From the IMG/VR virus record IMGVR_UViG_3300031227_000018, positions 32,001-96,000 of that record: a DNA stretch of 64,000 nucleotides; one strand, given 5' to 3'. Made by a program: the position numbers and the translations under genes. The notes under the pieces are model-generated. The model saw nothing but the letters and a program-made list of their open reading frames with translations, did no database searches and was not told the DNA's origin. The first letter of the stretch is position 1. Every line of letters begins with the position of its first letter. Shown in pieces: positions 57,607 to 64,000 of this stretch. Origin of the DNA: a virus.

Positions 57607-59456
57607 TTAAATTAAAAGAGTTGAAGATTTTGAATTTTTTGTCTTTTAAAAAGTTGGAGATGAACTTCGAGAAAGGTATCTTCCTTATTGATGGTTGGAA
57701 TTACGATGAAGATACGGCTAATGGTGCGGGTAAATCGGCGATAATAGATTCTATTTGTTTTGCATTATACGGTGATCTACCTCGTAAGGTCAAGTTTGAA
57801 GAGGTTATAAATTGGGATGAATCTACATTGGATATGCAACTTTCTTTTGAATCTAGTGGTAAATCTTATTTTATTCATAGATCTCGGAATCCGAATGTTC
57901 TTAATTTTTATGTAGATACTAATCTTAAGAACGGTAAAGATATGCGGGAAACACAGCAGATAATAACTGAGGTGTTGAAAATAAGTTTGGATACATTTCT
58001 TCGTTCTGTTTATTATTCTCAAAATAATGATATTGTGGCACAATTTCTTTTTTCTAATGATGAGGAAAAGAAAGATGTTTTAACTGAATTATTGGATTTG
58101 CATATTTTTGATGATTGTTGTGAGAAGGTCAAAAAGGATAGTCAAATTTTTGTGGGTAAAAAGGATGGTATAATTAAAGATGTTTCGTACATACAAAAAC
58201 AAAATAAAGAAAAAGAAGGTGAAATTGAAAGATTGCAGAAGTTATTTGATACTTTTGAAGAGATGAGGGAGATTGACGTTCAACGGATTAAAAAGCGGAT
58301 TTCTGATTTGAAATCTGAGAAGATAAAAATTAATGCAGATTATAAGAAAGAATGTGGATTATCAGATACAATAGATATTTATTCTAACAAAATGGATGAT
58401 TTGGAAAAAGAAATTGATTTAGTATTTGAGTCTCGTTTAAAAGATGCTGAAAATAAATTGATATCTATCAATAAAGAGTTGCAAATTTTGAGTAAACAAT
58501 TGAAAGAGTTTGATTGTTTGATTGTTAAAGGGAAGTGTCCCACTTGTTTTCAAAGTGTTAATGATGGGGCTTTAAAAGATGTTGTTACTCCATTGTCTGA
58601 AGAAATAAATCAAAAGAAAAAGGAAAAGGAAAATCTAGACATTCAGGTGAGAGAATTTCAGAAAAAAGTTGATGAAATGTCTGTTAAGAAAAAAGAAGTT
58701 AATGAATTGAAAATGAAAATTATAACTTCACAAACTATTTTAAAGAAGGCACATTCTAGTCATAAGGATATGTTAAAAAATATTGATCGTCATCTTGATG
58801 ATTGTGATAAACAGTTGTCTAAAGAAAAGGGCAATAAAAATAATTATGGTGAAATGATTAAAGAGTTTCGTGATAAGATTGATAAGGGTGAAAAAGAGGT
58901 GAAGGATAAGAATGAGGAAGTTAAGAAGATAACCAAACTTATGGATGTTTATTATTATCTCATTCGGGCGTTTAGTCGTGAGGGTGTTAAAAGTTATGTG
59001 TTTGCTAAGATTATAAATGAAATAAATCATTATATAAACGATTATTTGGTAGAGATATTTGATGCAAATATAAGTTTGCGTTTTGATATAGAATCTTTGG
59101 ATTCGAAGGGGAAGGCAAAACAGAAAATTGACACTGTTTTGACTGTTGGTGGAGAACAGAGAAATATTAATATTTTGTCAGGAGGAGAAAAAGCTCGTTT
59201 AATTTTAGCTACCAATTTCGCTCTTTCTAAGATTATTTCAACTAGATGTTCAAGCGTCCCCAATTTTATTTGTCTTGATGAGTGTTTCACTGGATTGGAT
59301 GTGAGTGGTAAGGAAAAGATGATGGTGTTTCTGAGAAAGTTAAGTGAAAATAAAGATTTTGTTTATATTGTAGATCATACGTCAGAGTTTAAGTCGCTTT
59401 TTGATGGGATATATAATGTTGAAAAACGTAACGGAGAAAGTAAATTGGTCGTATGA
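57603..59456 (+). CDS. Rad50/SbcC (gp46-like) ATPase
   Basis: NGAGKS, CPTC zinc hook, LSGGE, LDE, H-loop. Confidence 0.93.
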   Translation: MIKLKELKILNFLSFKKLEMNFEKGIFLIDGWNYDEDTANGAGKSAIIDSICFALYGDLPRKVKFEEVINWDESTLDMQLSFESSGKSYFIHRSRNPNVLNFYVDTNLKNGKDMRETQQIITEVLKISLDTFLRSVYYSQNNDIVAQFLFSNDEEKKDVLTELLDLHIFDDCCEKVKKDSQIFVGKKDGIIKDVSYIQKQNKEKEGEIERLQKLFDTFEEMREIDVQRIKKRISDLKSEKIKINADYKKECGLSDTIDIYSNKMDDLEKEIDLVFESRLKDAENKLISINKELQILSKQLKEFDCLIVKGKCPTCFQSVNDGALKDVVTPLSEEINQKKKEKENLDIQVREFQKKVDEMSVKKKEVNELKMKIITSQTILKKAHSSHKDMLKNIDRHLDDCDKQLSKEKGNKNNYGEMIKEFRDKIDKGEKEVKDKNEEVKKITKLMDVYYYLIRAFSREGVKSYVFAKIINEINHYINDYLVEIFDANISLRFDIESLDSKGKAKQKIDTVLTVGGEQRNINILSGGEKARLILATNFALSKIISTRCSSVPNFICLDECFTGLDVSGKEKMMVFLRKLSENKDFVYIVDHTSEFKSLFDGIYNVEKRNGESKLVV

Positions 59457-59477
59457 TCAAGAAAGGGAAGTGGCGGT

Positions 59478-59975
59478 ATGCTTAAAATAAAAAATAAAAA
59501 ACAAAAAGTGGAAGAGGTTAAAATAAGCAAAGAAGAGTATGATCGTTTGAAGGATGTAGATGAAGAATATGGAGCGATGTTTAAACAGTGGAGAGAAATG
59601 GGGAAAAGGGTTGGGTTGGCGAATAAAAGTTTGATTATAATGGCTGGTACGTTGAAAACTGTGGATGGTTTATTGAAAGATAATTTTAATGTTTGGTTAA
59701 GTAAGACGATCAAGGCAGGGAAAGCGGTTATAACTGCGAAAGTCAGTACGTTTAGGAATGAAAAGGATGTAGCAGATACAATAGAAGGGGCTTATTTGCA
59801 AGCTGTTTTGGTTAAAGTAGCTCAAAATTCAAAAAATTATTACAGTGGTGGAAGTGATCTTTGTGAAATGTTTATGGGAAATTTGGATGATAGTGTACCG
59901 AAAGAAATAAGGGAAGTGATGAAAGAAGGGGTTCTTAAAGGTGCTGTTAAATTGGATAAGGAGGGGGAGGAATGA
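59478..59975 (+). CDS. Hypothetical protein
   Basis: ORF within operon. Confidence 0.6.
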   Translation: MLKIKNKKQKVEEVKISKEEYDRLKDVDEEYGAMFKQWREMGKRVGLANKSLIIMAGTLKTVDGLLKDNFNVWLSKTIKAGKAVITAKVSTFRNEKDVADTIEGAYLQAVLVKVAQNSKNYYSGGSDLCEMFMGNLDDSVPKEIREVMKEGVLKGAVKLDKEGEE

Positions 59976-60592
59976 AATTAGATAAGGTACAAGCTGTTAA
60001 AAAATACCATATTGTTTATGCTACAATCAATTTAAAAAATTCTAAATTGTATATTGGAAGGCATTCTACCGATAATTTAGAAGATGGATATTTGGGTAGT
60101 GGGAAGATTCTCAATAAGGCTATTAAAAAATATGGTAAAGAAGTTTTTGCTATTGATATTTTGGAGTTTTATGATACATTTGAAAAATGTTGTAAAGGTG
60201 AAAAGTTTTGGATTCGTATGTTTAAAATGCCAAATAAAATATCAAATGATGTTTATAATATTTCGGATGGGGGGGAAGGGAATTTGGGTTATACTCATAC
60301 AAATGAAACTAAATTAAAGATATCGGCTCCAGGTGAGTCTAATCCTATGTTTGGTAAAAAGCATAAAGAGAGTACAAAAGAGTTGATAAGAGTTAAAAGA
60401 CTTAAAAATTTGGAATCTAAAGAATTCAGAACTAGGATGATTAAAGTTCATGCTGATGTGTCAGGGAATAAAAATCCTTTTTATGGCAAGCATCATTCTG
60501 AAGAAACAAAGAAGAAGATTGGTTTATCCAATATGGGTAAAAAGCGTTCCAAAGGAATTCTACAAAAAATTGAGATAAATTGCATTGGATAG
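59972..60592 (+). CDS. Free-standing GIY-YIG homing endonuclease (Seg-like) with NUMOD3 repeats
   Basis: IVY...YIGRH, YLGSG, YNISDGGEG, NPMFGKKH, NPFYGKHHSEETK. Confidence 0.9.
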   Translation: MKLDKVQAVKKYHIVYATINLKNSKLYIGRHSTDNLEDGYLGSGKILNKAIKKYGKEVFAIDILEFYDTFEKCCKGEKFWIRMFKMPNKISNDVYNISDGGEGNLGYTHTNETKLKISAPGESNPMFGKKHKESTKELIRVKRLKNLESKEFRTRMIKVHADVSGNKNPFYGKHHSEETKKKIGLSNMGKKRSKGILQKIEINCIG

Positions 60593-60626
60593 AGTATCAC
60601 TTACTTTAAGTTAAGGGTTTATTCAA

Positions 60627-61082
60627 ATGAAAATTAATATTCTTAGTATTGATCAAGGTTCAAATTGTGGATGGGCTGTGTCTCGAAGTATTTATGGGGT
60701 TTGGGATTTAAGAACTAGGAAAGATGAGTCTCAAGGGATGAAATTACTTCGATTCAGGGCTAAATTGGAAGAGGTTTGTTCTTTGCAAAAAATTGATTTG
60801 ATTGTTTATGAGCGCGTGGCGGGATTTCATAAAAGTTCGATTATTCATGCGGCAAAATTAGTGGCTGTTGTAGAATCTTTTTGTGAAAAAATGAATATTT
60901 CTTATAGGGCATATTCAGCAACCGAAATTAAGAAGTTTGCGACGAGTAAGGGTAATTGTAGTAAGCAGGCAATGATTGACGCGGCAAAAGAAAAATTGGG
61001 ATACAGTGGAGATTCTGATGATGAGGCTGATGCGATGTGGCTTTTGGAGTTGGCTTTACATGACTTGAAGTTGGGGGATTAA
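60627..61082 (+). CDS. RuvC-like Holliday junction resolvase
   Basis: LSIDQG, VYE, IKKFAT.KGN..K, DEADA. Confidence 0.88.
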   Translation: MKINILSIDQGSNCGWAVSRSIYGVWDLRTRKDESQGMKLLRFRAKLEEVCSLQKIDLIVYERVAGFHKSSIIHAAKLVAVVESFCEKMNISYRAYSATEIKKFATSKGNCSKQAMIDAAKEKLGYSGDSDDEADAMWLLELALHDLKLGD

Positions 61083-61083
61083 A

Positions 61084-61509
61084 GTGAAAAAAGAAAAAAT
61101 AGAGGAAATTTTAGAAGATGTTAATGCACCGAATTCTGTTTTTAATGTTGTGACTTCAGATATTTGGTTGTCTGAAATGGGGTATTTGACAGAAAATTAC
61201 CTAAAGGGTTCGTTGAAATTGATTCGATTGATTGATAGGGGGGTTAAAAGATGTGAATTAGATTATGATAAAGGAAAGAATCTGATTAAGTGTACTTTGA
61301 AATTGTCTTGGTTTTCTTATTGGTTCAGAAGAAGTAAGCTCTATAATAAAATACTTATTTTTTGTGAGAATAATTTTGTTGAACAAGATGTTGATTTGAA
61401 ATTTATGAGGTATAAAAAAGAAAGCTATGAAAGAACTCAAAGAAAAAAACGAAAAGAAAAAGAAGCAGAGGGGACGCCCCAAGGGGAGTCTGGGAGCTCT
61501 GTCGAATGA
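61084..61509 (+). CDS. Hypothetical protein
   Basis: ORF within operon. Confidence 0.55.
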   Translation: MKKEKIEEILEDVNAPNSVFNVVTSDIWLSEMGYLTENYLKGSLKLIRLIDRGVKRCELDYDKGKNLIKCTLKLSWFSYWFRRSKLYNKILIFCENNFVEQDVDLKFMRYKKESYERTQRKKRKEKEAEGTPQGESGSSVE

Positions 61510-62191
61510 GATAACACCACAATTTGCTGAAGAATTGTTTAGGTTGTGGCTTAACGGCAAAACTCTGCATGATATTGTGCATCTTTATATGGGTGCGAAT
61601 AATCGTCGTCCTCAGTTCAGTTTGGTTAAATTGCAGAGTGTTTATAGGGAATATAAGTGGGAAGAGAGAAGAAAAGGTATTGTAAAAGAAATTATGGAAG
61701 CGAGTGATAAGCAGATTATCATGGATAAGCATAAGCAGTTGGTTGCTTTATCTATGATGTTGGAAATAAACACTCGTAAGATAGAGGAAGTTTATAAAGA
61801 ATATGTGATCGATCCAAAGAAATTTTTTAATAAAATTGAGAAAGATAAAAAAAGTAAAAAGGGTAAAAATAGTGGTCACTTTTTGTGTGTTGTTGATTCC
61901 ATGGAAGAATTGAAATCACTTTTTGATTATTATAAGAAAATAACTTCTCCAGAAATGGCAGAAAATGGTGTGGTCACTCCTGGACTTTCATTTGTTCAAC
62001 AGAATGTGATGCTTCCTCAGCAGAACAATACAGTTAACAATAATGTTCAAATAAGAGACAATAAATTGTGCTTAGATAACCCTGAAATAAGAGGACAGTT
62101 TTTTAATTTAATAAAGAATATAGCTGATTTGCGTGCTAATGGGGAATCTGAGAAAGAACCTTTGTTGTTGGAAGATAAAGATGACAGATGA
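61427..62191 (+). CDS. Probable terminase small subunit
   Basis: RGRPKG and HTH-like N-terminus, YKWEERR; directly upstream of the large subunit. Confidence 0.6.
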   Translation: MKELKEKNEKKKKQRGRPKGSLGALSNEITPQFAEELFRLWLNGKTLHDIVHLYMGANNRRPQFSLVKLQSVYREYKWEERRKGIVKEIMEASDKQIIMDKHKQLVALSMMLEINTRKIEEVYKEYVIDPKKFFNKIEKDKKSKKGKNSGHFLCVVDSMEELKSLFDYYKKITSPEMAENGVVTPGLSFVQQNVMLPQQNNTVNNNVQIRDNKLCLDNPEIRGQFFNLIKNIADLRANGESEKEPLLLEDKDDR

Positions 62192-64000
62192 TTTAGCTAA
62201 AATGTTTTCTGAGGCTGAAGATCCATTTTTAATGGGTTTTGAAGAAATTCCCAAGACAAGGGAAGAGCTGGACAGTTATTTGAGGTTTTATTTTGGTGTT
62301 TATCTAGCTTCCAAACCTATTGAAGATGGGAACTCTTCTCCGTTAGATTTTGCGTGGGACATCATAAGTTCGATGATGGGGTATAAAAAGAACCCAAAAT
62401 TAGAAGATTTTAATTTTTTGGGTATTGCTTGTCGATCAGGTCAAAAATCTTTGTCTTGTGGAATAATTGAGGCATTTGCTCTTAAGCATGATAGGTGGCG
62501 GGACTATTTTCACATGGCTTCGATTTTTGATCAATCAAAAGTCACTTATGGATATGTTCAAGATATTTTAAATAAAAAATATGTTGATGCAGTGGCTGTT
62601 AAAACTGTAATGAGTGAAACTATTAGTAAAAGTGGGAGAAAATTAAAAGTTGGAACAGGAACAATTCGTGCAGTTAACTCTTTCCATGGTAGCGTCATTC
62701 AAGATGAAGTTGATTTGACAGATAAAAAGGTGTTTATTGAGTCAAAAGGTATGTTGTCTCCAGGTGTTGGAAATAGGAGTCCATTGAATGTTTGTATAAG
62801 TACACGTAAATTTGCGTTTGGTAATATTCAGGGTTTACTTAAGAAGAAAGAAAGGGATTCTGATTATCCGCTGAGAGTGCATCGGTGGGGTGTATTAGAA
62901 ATAACAGAAAAGTGTTCTGATAAAAAATCTGGAGAATTGAATAGCGAGCTTTATGTTGATGAAGAAAGGTTGGTGGCATTAAATCAATTTGAGTATGAAC
63001 GGTTGACTGAAAAAGCAAAACTTGAATACATGCACTACCCAGCTTATGAAAATTGTTATAAATGCGGTATTTTTTCATTTTGTTTGAGGAGATTGAAAAA
63101 TCAAATAGAAGATAACCCATATTTACAACCTATTGACGATATAAGGAGACTTTTTTTTACTGATGATAACGAATTTTTTAAATCTCAAAGATTGAATAGA
63201 AAACCGTCAAAGTCGGGTTTAGTTTATCCAGATTTTGAATCGTCCATTCACCTTGCTTCTTATGAGAAAATATATGAAATTTTTTTAAAGGAAGAGTATA
63301 CAGGGGAGGTTGATCTTGAATTGGAAGATATGATTGAGTTGTTTAAGAAGCACAAATGCAAAGTGTTTGTTGGTTTGGATTTTGGTTTTAATGTGTCGGT
63401 GGCGTTGTTAGGCGTGGTAGACGGTCGTGACAATATTTATATATTAGCAGAGTTGGTTTGTAATTTCAAGTCCGACGCTGAATTTGCTTATGAAACAAAT
63501 ATGAAGTGGGGGCATTTAGGTGTTGATAGGGTTTTCCCTGATATTGAAGATCCAGGTGCTATAAAAGAATTTAAGAGATACTTTCAAGTTGTTGATGCTG
63601 ATGTACAGCCATATTCTAGGATATCAAAGGATGTAAAATGGGGTATTGGATTAGTTAGAAAGCATATGAGAGTCCCTGGTACGAATAGAGAGACTAAGTT
63701 GTGGGTACACGTTTCTTGCGAATTAGTGACTGATGAAGTTATAATTTATCGCCGTAAAATAGACCCTGAATTAGATGAACCAAGTGATCAAATTAGAAAA
63801 AAAGAAGATCATGCGATGGATACATTGCGTTATCTTATTGTTGGGATATTAGGGATGTACAGAGTTGGTTATATTTTAATTGAAAATGAAAAACCTGTTT
63901 CTAAAAAGATCTATTCTGGAGAAAACCCTAATAATATTGTTCCTTCTGTGGATGAGGTGGTGTCTGCTGCTGGCGGAATAATGGGTGAAGTTGGTCTTGA
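62181..64000 (+). CDS. terL: Terminase large subunit, 3'-truncated by window edge (absent from ORF track)
   Basis: Manual translation: ACRSGQKS Walker A, VIQDEVD Walker B, VGLDFGF and DHAMDTLRY nuclease motifs. Confidence 0.9.
   Translation, partial: MTDDLAKMFSEAEDPFLMGFEEIPKTREELDSYLRFYFGVYLASKPIEDGNSSPLDFAWDIISSMMGYKKNPKLEDFNFLGIACRSGQKSLSCGIIEAFALKHDRWRDYFHMASIFDQSKVTYGYVQDILNKKYVDAVAVKTVMSETISKSGRKLKVGTGTIRAVNSFHGSVIQDEVDLTDKKVFIESKGMLSPGVGNRSPLNVCISTRKFAFGNIQGLLKKKERDSDYPLRVHRWGVLEITEKCSDKKSGELNSELYVDEERLVALNQFEYERLTEKAKLEYMHYPAYENCYKCGIFSFCLRRLKNQIEDNPYLQPIDDIRRLFFTDDNEFFKSQRLNRKPSKSGLVYPDFESSIHLASYEKIYEIFLKEEYTGEVDLELEDMIELFKKHKCKVFVGLDFGFNVSVALLGVVDGRDNIYILAELVCNFKSDAEFAYETNMKWGHLGVDRVFPDIEDPGAIKEFKRYFQVVDADVQPYSRISKDVKWGIGLVRKHMRVPGTNRETKLWVHVSCELVTDEVIIYRRKIDPELDEPSDQIRKKEDHAMDTLRYLIVGILGMYRVGYILIENEKPVSKKIYSGENPNNIVPSVDEVVSAAGGIMGEVGL

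Noticed and set aside
62839-63120. Minus-strand ORF, and the many other short antisense ORFs in the track
   Set aside because: Shadow ORFs opposite well-supported genes such as terL
1-64000. Alternative genetic code
   Set aside because: TAA, TAG and TGA all end genes and coding density is high under the standard code

Overview
AT-rich dsDNA bacteriophage genome segment (contractile-tailed myovirus, standard genetic code, strong Shine-Dalgarno sites). 1-30.8 kb (+): methyltransferase/glycosyltransferase genes, then a Herelleviridae (SPO1/Twort)-style morphogenesis module (scaffold, major capsid, neck, sheath, tube, tape measure, baseplate, fibres, holin). 30.8-36.1 kb (-): accessory/anti-defence island (Tad1, Tad2-like, ABA-sandwich, tRNA-Glu, a ~193-nt tRNA-mimic RNA with boxA-like repeats), an SF2 helicase and a RuvC-less TnpB/Cas12f-like protein. 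36.3-64 kb (+): GroEL; a PCNA-type clamp and RFC-type loader co-operonic with a DNA-base hypermodification cluster (radical SAM, FkbM MTase, aGPT-PPlase2, HAD, DUF2284-like, P-loop kinase, class II aldolase); DnaB-like helicase, primase, DnaE, SSB, RecA, Mre11/Rad50, GIY-YIG, RuvC, and terminase (large subunit runs off the window end). The best candidate for a new system is the clamp/loader-linked hypermodification operon, whose enzymes share C-terminal tail motifs. All family assignments come from motif recognition by eye; no searches were run.
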